NCBI GenBank assembly: GCA_044892525.1
Contig: CM097885.1
Span: forward strand, 47,803,727-47,867,726
Reading direction: 5' to 3'
DNA length: 64,000 bases
From: Schmidtea polychroa
Taxonomy: Eukaryota
The notes under the pieces were generated by a model. The model searched no databases, was not told the origin of the DNA, and saw only the letters and a program-made list of their open reading frames with translations. Shown here piece after piece: positions 1 through 14,333 of this stretch. How positions within the stretch are numbered: position 1 is the stretch's first letter; every line of letters begins with the position of its first letter. Both the position numbers and the translations under genes were made by a program.

Positions 1-348
1 TAAAGATAAACTGAAATGCCACAAATTGATGAGGTATAAAAGGAGGTGGCACTGCAGAAGCAAGCAGAGCTAGAGAGAGAACAATTTAGAAAGAACTAAG
101 AGAACACGTGAGAGAACAGTTTAGCGAACAGTTTGGAAGAGTAATTTAGAAGAAAAATTTAGAAGGAACAATCGAGAAAACAATTTGGGAAGGACCAGTT
201 ATAGGAAATTTGGGGAATAATTTGTAGATATAATATTTAATTTATTTGGAGAATTTGACCCATGACGACAACTGACACAGCATAATGATAAAATATTAAG
301 AGATCAAATATATTTACTGTATAACACCAGCCTTGTCTGAATTGTTAC
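1..348 (+). repeat. Possible 3' part of an LTR
   Basis: TATAAAAG box at ~35, purine-rich short repeats and an end in TGTTACA. No partner copy in the window. Confidence 0.3.
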
Positions 349-526
349 AGTGGGTTCGAAACAAGCCCGCCGACAGAAATTCCGGGCCCCTAGGCAGAGC
401 ATTTCATGGGCCCTTAAAAATGTTGATAAAAACTAATATTTAAGAGCTTGAATAATGATCTCATATTTACATCGATCAAAATTCAAGTCTTAAAATTTAC
501 TTTAAATAAAAAAAAATTAACGTAAT

Positions 527-1301
<775 letters not shown>

Positions 1302-1722
1302 TAATAATAATAATAATTATAATAATACTAACTTACAAAAACTTATAAAAAATTTCAACTTTAATAATGATAATAATAATAATATTAATAATAATAATTA
1401 TTAATAATGATGATAATAATAATAATATTAATAATAATAATATTAATATAGTAGTAATATTAATAATAATAATAATAATAACACTTAGAAAAATAAAATT
1501 TATAAAAAATAGTAATAATATTACAAACTTTTATTAAAAATTTTGATAAAATAAAATAAAATTGAATAAAAGTATAATCATTTATTTTTTTTTAAAAAAT
1601 AAAATTTTTATTATTATTGTTAATCAAGTTCTGGGACAATCTTTGTATTTTCTTTTCTTTTAGATTTCAGTTTACAGGACTCTATAAAAATAATAATCAT
1701 TAATAAAAATAATAATATTAAT

Positions 1723-1907
<185 letters not shown>

Positions 1908-1932
1908 AAATAAAAATAATTTTACTCAAAAT

Positions 1933-4900
1933 TTATCCGTTTGTTTCTGTCGGTTGATCGCGCAATTCCTGCACTCTCCGTAGTAAATATCTATTTAATC
2001 TTAATGATTCTTGATCTTCAGAATCTTCAAAATCATCAGCATCTGGAAACATCGGAGGATCGTCTGTATCTATAAAAGTATCATCCTCCAGATAGTGTCC
2101 ATATGCAAAACTTTTATTTTTAGCTACCCAATTACGTTTGTCGTCGTTGCAATTGAGTGCAGTTTTATGATTTTTTATGCTGTACAGCTGATGATTTTTA
2201 GACATTATTCTAAACTGTGGGACTGTATAAATTTTGTCGTTTAAATAACAATCAATGTAATTGACATGTGTTAGCCCTGCATCTTTCAATGTTATGCCTT
2301 TTGCCTTACAACATTCTTCATCACCAAGCAAACTATAACATTTTGGACGAAGAAACACCCACTCCTCGTATTTGAAACCTTTATTTTCGTCTTTAAATTT
2401 CCCAATAACGGAATCCAAGTTTCTCGAATACAAGGGATGGCTAGGGTCGTAATTTGAGGTGTCAAGAAGATTATCCCTAACCATAGCAGGCAAAAGATCA
2501 GACAGCTTACAATTAATTATTTCGAGAAAGAATGAATCAGTGTCCCCAGCTACAATATTGATCTTACAATTAAACTCATTACGATATTTATCTAATTCCT
2601 CATATTGTAGTTGATACATTCTGAGTTTAGATAAGTCTAGTACAGTTTGGCCGATGTAACTAGGCCTATCTAAACAGACTGATTCTTTCATTAAAAGAAC
2701 AGAAATAAGATTGTGATCTATTTTTGTAGTGCTTCGGAAATATGGACTACTACAATATGTGATAAGTTTTGTCGAAGAATTACATAATCTTAAATTAATT
2801 CTTTTCTTTAAATTTTCAACAGTTTTTCCATAAAGACTGTTGTTTAGCAATTTAAAATAATTTTTATCGAGCTTAGTGGTGGAAGATGCTCTCAAAGCGG
2901 TATTAGTATCGACATATTTTTTGAATAGTGTGCTTTGTGAAAATCGAATAGCACGATGTATTTTAGATACAACTACACCTAATTTTAAATACATTTGTAA
3001 AAGTCTCCAATGAACAACATAATTATTCTTTGGATAATGAGTTAAAAGTAACTTTTCCACATTCGAACAAGGCGCACACATCTTTTCAGCGGCTACTGGC
3101 AAATCATCCAGTAAGTCGTGAATAGATGCCGGTATTTCTAAATCTACTTCTATAGTATAACCATAACTAAGTAAACTTAAATCTACCGTAGTGCATTCAA
3201 ACAAGATATTATTTAATAATTGGTCATCCGTGACCCAAACAAAGTCTCCGTCCGGTAAGTTTTGTGATAAAGCCCAGCCATACAGGTTGTTTATATCTAT
3301 ATACAACAACTCTGTATCTGAGCTTGATTTAACATAATGCTTATTCACGAAAGTTAAGCCTCCTCTGATGCCACCTTCGAAGAAGTTGTACATTTCCATA
3401 TCGGTTAATAATGTAATTGGATGGTCTAAAGTCATCAAAGCCGAACTCCAACTCATACCTGGAATTCCAAGGAAATTGAGTGGCTCAAGCTTATTATGTG
3501 CTATGCTCTTTGCACGAAATTGTTGAAAGTAATCAGCCAAAAGAAATACGTCGAGTTTTAAATAGACCATCATATAATCCAAAAGAGAATTACAATTGGT
3601 CTCTCGCCATATTCTTTTGGCCATTTCGTAATCCGAATCTGACACTCCACTCCAAATTGGTGGTAATTCAGCAGTCGACCTCAAAACATCTAAAGATGTT
3701 GCCACGTCGTATGGGAAAATTCCTTTGCTAGTAATAATACTTCCAGTAAATTCTGCAGAAGTAAGAGGGAAAGATGTAAGAGTTTTCACCACACTACTCA
3801 AAGATTCACTAACAAATTGGTATGAGTCAATGAATTTAACTGTAAGTGAACCAATTCTCGCAAAAAGACTAAGAAACTTTTCACTTGTGATAGGAACACA
3901 GCTAATGTTCCATGAATCATACTTTGATAGTCCAAATTTGAGGATATGATGTAAATCATACCCTCTTAGATTGTGAAAAACTACTGGCAATGAATGTCTT
4001 ATTTGTCGAGAAAGATTACATTTTGAGCAAGCTGCTCCAAGATATTTACCTGAAAAGTGATCATGATCTTTTACAGGATTTTCAATCACTTTCTTACACA
4101 AATAACAATGTCTTGCAGCTCTAAAATTTTCCAGATCGTCATGGGTTAAAATTATCTTTTTATTATAGTTTTTATAATAAAAGGGTGTTACGATTTTTCT
4201 GCTAATTAGTTCTATTTCATGTAGAAATTGATCAACACAGTCAATACCTAAAAATGACTTATAAAATTTCTTTCCAGTGAGGTTATTTATACACAAAAGC
4301 CCAGCAGAAATGGGTAAGTGTTTTTGGAAGTATTTTGTGTCCTTAGGTAAGATTGCCTCAAAATCGGCATAAATAACGAAGGGAGGTGTGACTGTTTTCT
4401 TCCAATCAACAAATTCTAAAAGATTATTTTTTGGAAGGGTGTATAAAGTCGTTCCTATTTGATTATTGTCACAAAGACCACGATGACGATTAAAAGTGTC
4501 AATATTTCTAAAGCCGTGTAAACATCTAGGACACCATTTACAATAAATTCTGACTGGGGTAATAGAAGCATTTCTGCAATTTAAAAATTTATTTAAGTCG
4601 CTGATACCTACATAATGAAAAGTCTTTCTTTTTTCTAATAAAAGTAAATTTATGGGTGTTTCGCTTACAACTTTACTTTTGTAAATTATGTCAATAAATG
4701 GATGTTTCATTACTTCACTTTCATTAGTTAAATCAACTAATGCAGTTTCATCATATGACAACACATTAATTGAATAGCCAGGATTAAACATTTCAAATCG
4801 ATTAATATCACTTAGTTTCATTGGCATATCATTCGGGTCAAAACGAAGTGAGGAAAGATTATAAGAAGATGGTTGATTGCGTAAATCATCATCAGTCTCG

Positions 4901-6012
4901 TCATATTTAGCAACAGCTAAAACACTGTATAAAAAACAAAGATTATCGGTGTTTATCACATTAATTATACAGTTTTTATGTTTCAGAGATCTGGGGGTAT
5001 CAATAAATTGTCTTCCACTTAACCGAGAAATTTCAGAATATTTAGTTAAAACGAAACTTATGTATTCTATTTTATTTATTTTCCAATTAGACCCCTTCTC
5101 ATTCATGTTGATTATTTTTTCATTAAGAAGAGTAATACCTTCATCAATGAATGAATCATTCCAAATTCGTGCAGAATTGGAAATAACAAATGATTGATAT
5201 TCGTTATCTTTCTCCATTTCAATCCGTATACAAAATTGAATTTTAACGGATTTCATTTTTGATATGAATGAAGTTAATTTAGTATATAAGAGTGAAGGAA
5301 CAGAAAGAGTTGTCATATTAAATCGCGACACATCCATCTTAATGATTATATGTGATTTATTTAAATCAGAATCAATAGTCAAGAGGCCCGAACCTATTTG
5401 ATTGACAGAGTATGAATTTAAAATAATTGGAGCTATTTCATCATCATCATCAGAAGAAATAATAATTTCTTCATCAGAAGAAATAATAATTTCCTCCTCA
5501 TCAGAAGAAATTATAATTTCATCGTTATTAATAATATTGTCCTCATCGTCACTAATGTTTATTATTTCAATTTTACTTATTTTTGAAGGCACCTTATGTT
5601 TAATATTTATGTTGTGTCTTTTTAATTGATTGGGAACGCAGTCCACATTAGTATTTAATTGATTGGGAACGCAGTCCACATTAGTATTTAATTGATTGGG
5701 AACGCAGTCCACATTAGTATTTAATTGATTGGGAACACAATCCACATTATTTTGTAAAAAAGTTGGATATAATATGATGAATAAATCTTTTTTCGAACCT
5801 ATAAATTGTCTTAAATGATTGCAATGTTTTTTGTAAAATTCGAAATATGTTTTTGTGTCTAATGTTTTGCATGTAGGACATATCTGGTAGATGATACCAT
5901 TATATTTATGCGAATAATACTTTTCCATAAGACCATGACAGTTATTATGAAAAGTATTATTACAGTAGGATGTATAAAATCGACCTAAATAAAAAACTAA
6001 GCTAAAATTTAA

Positions 6013-6080
<68 letters not shown>

Positions 6081-6096
6081 CATCATATTTATTCAT
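1933..6096 (-). CDS. Protein-primed family B DNA polymerase (pPolB) with N-terminal OTU-like region and inserted endonuclease VII-like zinc module
   Basis: 1387-aa ORF. Exonuclease motifs YADFE, FHNLRGYD and YLKLDV; polymerase motifs YIDINNLYG, KLLNNSLYGK and AGDTDS. DNLCFLYS...FHY gives a Cys/His pair, and CYLC...DHDH..G.Y.G.AC..CN is the EndoVII-like motif. The true 5' end may be spliced (acceptor-like TTTATTTAG near 5984). Confidence 0.96.
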
Positions 6097-6573
6097 GTTC
6101 TCCTAAAATTCAATATATTATATTTACCATTTAACAATAAAATATATTTTCGATATAAAATATCTTTTTCGTTATAATATTTTACGATTTCTAATATCAT
6201 ATATTTAATCGTAAAATATTTCTAAAATATATATATATCTTAAATAAATAATTACATATCTTAAAAAGCTATATTTAATTTAAAACAAATATTATCAAAA
6301 ACAATTAATTGTAGAATGTATAACATCAAATTAAATAAAAACTAAGCTAAAATATAAATAATAATAATGATAATTATTATTATTATTAATATTATTATTT
6401 AAACTAATATTATTATCATACATATTTATTCATGATCTCCTAAAATTCAATATATTATATTCACCATTTAATAATAAAATATATTTTAGATAAAAAAAAA
6501 AAAAATCCCTTTTTAGTTATAATATTAGTTATAATATAAATTCATCCTAAATAAAACTAAGCAAAAAATATAG

Positions 6574-6633
<60 letters not shown>

Positions 6634-6842
6634 AAATAGTAATAATAGTAATAATATTAATAACTTTTATTAAAAATTTTTAATAAAAATATAAAAATGA
6701 AATTGAATAAAAAGTAAAATCATTTATTTTTTATTATAATTGTCAATCAAGTCTTATAATCTTAAAAGCAAATTTTATGAAAAAAAAATAATTTAAATAA
6801 ATATTTTAAATAAATACTTTAAATAAATATTTTATAAATAAA

Positions 6843-7275
6843 TCAAATCTTACATTTTTGTTTTCCATTGTATCTTTCATCGTAAATAATTTCATTATTT
6901 TTTGATACATTTTCATCAAAAATATTTTCTTCAAATTCATTTTGAATGTTTTCAATAATTTCATTATTTTTTGATATATTTTCATTTAAAATACTTTCTC
7001 CGACATTTTTCGGTTCTTGAAATTCTTTTTGAATATTTTCATAAATTTCATCTGTTTTTTAAATTAATTAATTAAATTAATTATTAATAAATATAAATAT
7101 TACCATCGATGTCAACATTCAACATCTCGTTTCGAGTAGCTGCGTCATATTCATTTATTGTTACAGTTGTTCCTGAATAATTTCATAACATATTATTTTA
7201 ATATTTTAAATATTTACCATTTTTCTTGTTGCTTTCAATTTTAGGATGATTAGGTGCTGATATACGAATATTCAT
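6843..7275 (-). CDS. Predicted spliced acidic orphan protein, 111 aa (exons 7275-7218, 7172-7104, 7051-6843)
   Basis: Two GT..AG introns of 45 and 52 nt, both phase 1, join three stop-free exons (MNIRISAPNHPK...DERYNGKQKCKI). Absent from the ORF track. Confidence 0.55.
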
Positions 7276-7871
7276 ATCTGCTAAAATATATTATAAATTA
7301 ACATATTATAAAAAACAAAATTTACCAATTCAATTTCTTTGTATCATTCTCTTGATATCTTTTGAAATGTTCTTCATTGTAAGTTTTGTCTAAAAGTGAC
7401 GAAAAAATGAAAAACATAGAATATATATCACGTTTATTACAAACTTTATTCACGATCCAATCAGAATCGAGGAATATATACAACACACATACATACTACT
7501 GTGTATCATTTACGCACTCACCGTGTAGGTATGTATATCAACTACTCACCATGTGCATGAATAATGAGATGTCTTTGTCGTTTAACAAAGACACTACGTG
7601 ACTATTTCAAAAAGGTAAAACATGACTAGTCATTGTAAATAACTTGCACATTAATTGCAAATAATAATAATAAGAATATTTATAAATAATAATAATAATA
7701 AATTAAAATAAATTTAATTATCAAAATTGTTCATTAATAAGACGACATTTTTACAATAACATGTATTAAACAAAATTATACATATAATAATAATAATAAT
7801 ATTAATAATAATATTAATAATAACAATCACAACAACAAAGGAAATGATACATTTATTAAACATCAAATTTA

Positions 7872-8339
7872 TTAAACATCAAATTTTTTGTACAATAACC
7901 AAGCTAAACAATGTTGACCACATGTTTGGGTCAATGGATTTTGAAACATAGTTTTATTATACACAATAGGTTTTCCCATTGTTTGTAGTTTTGATATCAA
8001 CAAAGCTGGGTAATAAAAACCCATAGGATCGAACACGAATATATTACCAGGTTTCACGTATATAGCTATCCAATGTTCTCCACCAAGATGAGACGATTGA
8101 GTATTGACGATTATTGCTTGATTATTGCTCAAATATGGAATTTTATCAAGAGGAAAAACTCCAACAAATTCATTTCCCAATATCTGTTTTCCGATTTTAT
8201 TGACCTGAACAGAACTTCTTAAATAAATCCAGAGTATAAAAAACAACTTACTCCATGACAACTTTTTGTGTTTCTGTTTACATTTATACCAACACAGTTC
8301 TATTTGCAGTAATTTGAACTTCATTTTCAAATACTCCAT
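7872..8339 (-). CDS. Adenain-type (adenoviral C5-like) cysteine maturation protease
   Basis: GEHWIAIY (His), FDPMG (Asp), FQNPLTQTCGQHC (Gln/Cys) and FVGVFPLD. The real start may be ATG 8256 with a 34-nt GTAAGT..AAG intron at 8251-8218, giving MESSVQVNKIG. Confidence 0.92.
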   Translation of the reverse strand: MEYLKMKFKLLQIELCWYKCKQKHKKLSWSKLFFILWIYLRSSVQVNKIGKQILGNEFVGVFPLDKIPYLSNNQAIIVNTQSSHLGGEHWIAIYVKPGNIFVFDPMGFYYPALLISKLQTMGKPIVYNKTMFQNPLTQTCGQHCLAWLLYKKFDV

Positions 8340-9507
8340 ATATTATAACATGTACTGGTTCAGTAATAGCTTTTGCAAACTTTATATCCAGTCGTAAATT
8401 TCCATTTTGAGGTAATTGACTTTGATTTAAATCAAAATCAGGGGCTAAAACAAATGTAAAAAATGGGTATTTGCTTTTAAAATCTTCTAGAGTTATTCCG
8501 CAATTCAAATTTTTATCTAAATAACCCAGATTTCTAACAATACTCTGCATATATGTTGCACAGTAATTGTCATTCTCGAAATCTTGAATATATGTTTCTC
8601 TATAATCAGTATTTTTCGACAAAGTCAATGATGTAACACCAAAGTTTTTGAAAATTGAGCTGGACGCAGTATATGATCCATTATATTGTGCTTCACTTTG
8701 AAATGTTATCAGAATAAAATTAGGCATTCTTCTGTCACCAAATATTTGTTCTTTATAGAATGATGAAGCACCTTTAGCAATAGCAAATTGTACAATTTCC
8801 TTTGTTTTTAATGGATAAATTGCATGTTTTGAATTAAGACCTAATTGATGACCTGCTAATACTGAGGGGTCTACTCGTACTCTTCTCACCAATAATTTTG
8901 CATCAACTAATTGACATATTGGTGTAGTAGTTGCACTAGTAAGAGATAATGCAGAATCAGACCTTTTCAGTCTAATATGTACATTAACTCCCGGTAGTAA
9001 ATATTTTGGTTGATCCATAAAATCAAGTTGTAATGATGAGCACATGGTGTAAACCTTTGAGCCTTTAACCCACTTTTTTCTTTCATCATCTGCTGCTGCA
9101 TAACCCATAGGAGTAAGGCATGTATTTTTAGTATCGGAATTGTAATTTAAAATAGTTTCTATTAATGCCTTGTGAATGAATGTATTATTTCCGCCCTCAA
9201 TCTTGATATTATTAAATCCCAACACTGCATCTTTAAACAGAGTATGAAACAGGAAATTGTTCGGTATTACATCTGCATTGGCATCCAAAACTTTTCTATC
9301 TTTATCTACAACCTTAATCTGAACAGTCAATAAAGTATCGTTCAAATCTAAATATTCGGTTTGCGAACCATTAATATAAAACTCGATATCATTTCTACTA
9401 TCTGTAATTGAATTCATAGGAAAAACTTCCTCAAATGCCCCAAATTCTATTACAGCCTGGGGCGACGGTCTATCAAATATACATAATTCAGATTTACCAC
9501 AAATCAT
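8284..9507 (-). CDS. Major capsid protein (double jelly-roll, Polinton type)
   Basis: 407 aa with the N-terminal KSELxxFxxPxxQxxIE, YLDLNDT, QPKYLLPGV and C-terminal GNLRLDIKF patterns typical of Maverick major capsid proteins; lies next to the protease. Confidence 0.88.
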   Translation of the reverse strand: MICGKSELCIFDRPSPQAVIEFGAFEEVFPMNSITDSRNDIEFYINGSQTEYLDLNDTLLTVQIKVVDKDRKVLDANADVIPNNFLFHTLFKDAVLGFNNIKIEGGNNTFIHKALIETILNYNSDTKNTCLTPMGYAAADDERKKWVKGSKVYTMCSSLQLDFMDQPKYLLPGVNVHIRLKRSDSALSLTSATTTPICQLVDAKLLVRRVRVDPSVLAGHQLGLNSKHAIYPLKTKEIVQFAIAKGASSFYKEQIFGDRRMPNFILITFQSEAQYNGSYTASSSIFKNFGVTSLTLSKNTDYRETYIQDFENDNYCATYMQSIVRNLGYLDKNLNCGITLEDFKSKYPFFTFVLAPDFDLNQSQLPQNGNLRLDIKFAKAITEPVHVIIYGVFENEVQITANRTVLV

Positions 9508-9872
9508 TTTGCAAATATAGTTCCATGTCCTTTCATTCGTTTGTTTATACGTGATATTCCATGTCTTTTACGTTTTGGAACAGGAGCTGGAGCTGGAGAT
9601 TTTTCTTTTTGAAACATACCTGCAACCCCAGGTAAAACTTTCCCTAATTCAGCTAAAGCATTTGTTTTTAGAGATGGTAATATTTTCTGTTCATTCATAA
9701 TAACATCTTTTGCAGTTTTCATACCAAAACTACCAATACGTTTAAGAATAGGCAATGCAAATCTACCAATTGTTCTCAACCATCCCGATCCGTACTGTTT
9801 ACCAATAAAATATGGTAATTCGCCACCAGATTGGCTACCACTATACATACTAATAATATCAGAATTTGCCAT
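9504..9872 (-). CDS. Small virion core protein with QxGxG motifs, amphipathic helix and basic tail
   Basis: QSGG and QYGSGWLRTIGRFALPILKR, K/R-rich C-terminus. Its stop overlaps the capsid start as ATGA. Confidence 0.75.
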   Translation of the reverse strand: MANSDIISMYSGSQSGGELPYFIGKQYGSGWLRTIGRFALPILKRIGSFGMKTAKDVIMNEQKILPSLKTNALAELGKVLPGVAGMFQKEKSPAPAPVPKRKRHGISRINKRMKGHGTIFAK

Positions 9873-10877
9873 CTACTTTACGAAAATCTAATGTCAAATG
9901 AGTTTTTGAACCTTTTGGAAAGTTTATAAGTTTTCCACTATCATCACGAATATTTATTTCTATATTGTTTATACATGAATTTGCTATTGGTAAATACATG
10001 GGATTATCGATATTTATATTGACAACTTCATCATGTTCATATTTGCCAATCCATACCGATTTCAAAAGAGGAACACTGGAATCACCAACAATTATGGGTT
10101 CGATAATGTTAGTATATATGAACATTTGTTGATGATGTTCTAGTATTCTTGGTTTGCGTATACCAGTCGATTTTTCTCGATATTTTTGCTTATCTAATCC
10201 AAGTGAATTTGCCAAATTTTTATCAAATGTAACTTCGCAAATATCATCATTCAAACTGAAGGTAAACATCAAATCTTTCACAATTTCCAAATTTTTAAAT
10301 ATGTGTGAACAATTGAACTTTAAATATTTAAGTAAATCATCAAGTTTATCAAAATATAATTCATCAGCAAAGGTAAATGATTCTTCAACTTCATCATTAT
10401 ACGACACAGATATTTTGATTTCTTCTTTCATTACACTGTTTGCTTCAAATAGATTAAAACGTAATAAATACTCGGTCTCCGTAACAATATTTTTCAACTT
10501 ATTGCAACCCATTCGTTTGGCATCTTCAATAGTTTCGAATGTTATTGTAAATGGTTTAAAATCACAACTGATATTTAATCCATCCTTGTAAAACATATAG
10601 CAATGCGAATCTAATATTTGATTCGGAATATGATATGTTTTATCATAATTACTGATAACAAAGATACCGCTACATGTTTTCACAATATTCCTTTTGAAAT
10701 CAATCTTATATTGACTATAAAATGGGAATGTGTTGTACACGAATGTAAAATCTTGCAGTGCAACTTCCCAATCCCCATTTAAAGAAATCGGATTCTGGAG
10801 ATTTACCATGAATTTACTGGCTTGATTGTCTGGATGAATTAATGGGCAACTATTGCTCGGCAAAATAGTATAAAAAT

Positions 10878-12062
<1,185 letters not shown>

Positions 12063-12123
12063 TACAACAAGAAGATTTAAAATTAAATTTAATGTCGGGC
12101 AATGAAGGATTAGCACCCATTGT

Positions 12124-12657
12124 TTATGATTGATTTCCTACAACTCCACCTAATAAGGATAATGCCAGAGGTATTAATGCACCAATAAATCCACCTTGTT
12201 GTTTATATATAATTTTCCTCATTTGCTTACGATTTTTATTATTTACTAAAGATAATAATGGTTTCCTATGTTTGCTCAATAAATGCTTTTTTGATTTACT
12301 GATTTTAATTTTGCCTTTGACTACTTTAAGTATAATATTGAGTAAATCATCGACAACAAAATTTGGGAATGATTGCAATATATTCATTCTTTTCATACTC
12401 GGGGCCTTTAACAATGCATTAAAAAATGGAAAACTGCGATGATTTTTAACTACTTTTTTACTAGTTTTACGGGTTTTACGGGTTTTACGTTTAGGTTTAG
12501 GATTTTTAGAAATAAGATTCATTGCAGAGAAATTTTCAGTTACAAGTTTTTTAGATGGTGTATAACTAGTTGTTGGTGGAACTTTTGGAACTTTAATAGT
12601 CTTTCTAATACCTTTTCTTAATTTCTTAATATTTTTCACCCTTGCTTTTAGAAACAT
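12124..12657 (-). CDS. Basic core protein with adenovirus pX-like C-terminal GG-hydrophobic segment
   Basis: 177 aa, very K/R-rich. Ends QQGGFIGALIPLALSLLGG, resembling a protease cleavage site followed by a hydrophobic helix. Confidence 0.75.
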   Translation of the reverse strand: MFLKARVKNIKKLRKGIRKTIKVPKVPPTTSYTPSKKLVTENFSAMNLISKNPKPKRKTRKTRKTSKKVVKNHRSFPFFNALLKAPSMKRMNILQSFPNFVVDDLLNIILKVVKGKIKISKSKKHLLSKHRKPLLSLVNNKNRKQMRKIIYKQQGGFIGALIPLALSLLGGVVGNQS

Positions 12658-12678
12658 TATTATTATTCGTAGAGGTTT

Positions 12679-13305
12679 TCAACTTTGTTTATAAACCATG
12701 GCACCTTTTGGGTTGAAAATATCTGTTTTTACACGTAAATCATCGGGACATTGTTGTGTGAAATCAAGAAATATATATCCATGAGGTATTTTTGTAGCAT
12801 TTTGAAATGCACTGATAAGAAAATTACGATTGTTAGGGTATGCTTGACGTGCAAGAAAATCAATCACTGTTGCATCTCTAGGATTCTTGAAAATAACTAA
12901 ATATTGTACATTTAAATTACGTGTTCGATGTGCCCCACCTTGATGAAATAGATTTTGTGTTATGAAAATAACTGTTACACCGACATGTCTGCTGATCTTT
13001 GTAAATAAATTATTAAAATCTTTTTCTTTATTAGCTTCTTGATACAAATCATCGATAATAATGACATCACCTTTCTTTAATCGGCTGGACCAGTTTTTAT
13101 CGAATCCCTTTACTATTTTCATGTTTTTTAATTTACAGAAACTTGATTGAGTTAATCCATGTTCTTCATCAGCACCCCTATGCCAATAAATCCTGTTGAA
13201 TTTTGATTTGAATAAATTTGATTTTAGTAATTTACAAACAAATAATGTTTTTCCACTACCACTCGGACCAACGATTTGGTATACTGCATCATTTCTTAAT
13301 TCCAT
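12679..13305 (-). CDS. A32/FtsK-like genome packaging ATPase
   Basis: Walker A GPSGSGKT, Walker B IIIDD, plus TKISRH and ITQN motifs. Confidence 0.95.
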   Translation of the reverse strand: MELRNDAVYQIVGPSGSGKTLFVCKLLKSNLFKSKFNRIYWHRGADEEHGLTQSSFCKLKNMKIVKGFDKNWSSRLKKGDVIIIDDLYQEANKEKDFNNLFTKISRHVGVTVIFITQNLFHQGGAHRTRNLNVQYLVIFKNPRDATVIDFLARQAYPNNRNFLISAFQNATKIPHGYIFLDFTQQCPDDLRVKTDIFNPKGAMVYKQS

Positions 13306-13404
13306 TTCAAAAATTTTATATATGTATATTTGTTTATATTCAATGATTTAATGAACTCGTGCTCAATTTGTATATAAAGACTAATTTTCATAAATGATTT
13401 AATA

Positions 13405-13842
13405 ATGTTAGCAAATATAAATTATCGAGGAAATTTTGATGTATCGAATATGAGGTTCCCACCAGGGAAACCCCAGCAAATTATCGATAGAAGCGGGAAA
13501 TATCCGATAATATTTTTCAAGACTGGTAAATGTCGAATCATGGGATGTAAGAAACCTTTGGATATTAATAAATTACAATATCGAATAAATAATATTATAA
13601 TCCAATCAATTACCGTTACTATGGATATGGGACATAGTATCAATCTATATAATATGTCGAAAAAATGTGATTGTATGTTTGAACCGGAATTGTTTCCGGC
13701 ACTAAGACTATTAAAATATAACCCTATATGTGTCAATGTGTTTGCTAGTGGAAAGGTTGTCATGCTTGGGTTGAGAAATTTGGAGTATAGAGAATTTGTT
13801 GACAATGTTCGAAATGAGATAATTTCATTGGTTGATTTCTAA
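13405..13842 (+). CDS. TATA-binding-protein-like (TBP fold) protein, 145 aa
   Basis: Two TBP half-repeats: IIFFKTGKCRIMG and FEPELFPAL...VNVFASGKVVMLG, compared with cellular YEPELFPGL...LIFVSGKVVLTG. TATATAAAG sits ~30 bp upstream. Confidence 0.85.
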   Translation: MLANINYRGNFDVSNMRFPPGKPQQIIDRSGKYPIIFFKTGKCRIMGCKKPLDINKLQYRINNIIIQSITVTMDMGHSINLYNMSKKCDCMFEPELFPALRLLKYNPICVNVFASGKVVMLGLRNLEYREFVDNVRNEIISLVDF

Positions 13843-13925
13843 TTGGTTAATTTCTTATTGGTTATTGATTGATTTAAACAAACTGTTTATTGTTTAGAAA
13901 TCATTTATTCAAAAAAAAAAAAAAA

Positions 13926-14333
13926 ATGTACAAAATTCCAAGTGCAGCTCGTTTAATTAAAGAAATAGATGATTATGGTAAATTTTTTATTTTTTGTTTA
14001 CAAATTTAAATATTATATTTTTCAGAAGAATATGCTGCAGTCATGCTAAAGAAGTTAGCATTCTATTATCCAGAAATCAATGCAGCAGTATACAACAAGC
14101 CTGCAGAATTAATCCCCGATTTGGTGTTCAATGCGACGGGGATATGGATGTTCGAAATTTTCCATCAATTTATGTGGGATGTGAAGATAAATCGAACAAT
14201 TAAACATATGGATCCAGAATATTTATGTTACAATAGCTGTTCCTGCTGCAAAGCTAGATATCAGCGATATGTAGAATGGGTTTTGGTTAAAACTCTTCGT
14301 GATTTCCACCATATCAAGAACTTTGTGCATTAA
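13926..14333 (+). CDS. Spliced orphan protein, 119 aa, with a Cys/His cluster (exons 13926-13977 and 14026-14333)
   Basis: A 48-nt GT..CAG phase-1 intron joins MYKIPSAARLIKEIDDY in frame to the 14043 ORF; contains H..CYNSCSCC. Confidence 0.65.

Noticed and set aside
2011..5629. Plus-strand ORFs antisense to pPolB (also 10154, 11062, 11888, 12439, 13422 and 27849)
   Set aside because: Shadow ORFs of real genes, with no motifs and mostly non-ATG starts.
7386..7601. 71-aa plus-strand ORF inside Maverick 1
   Set aside because: TTG start and no motif; overlaps the probable promoter/5' region of the minus-strand spliced gene.
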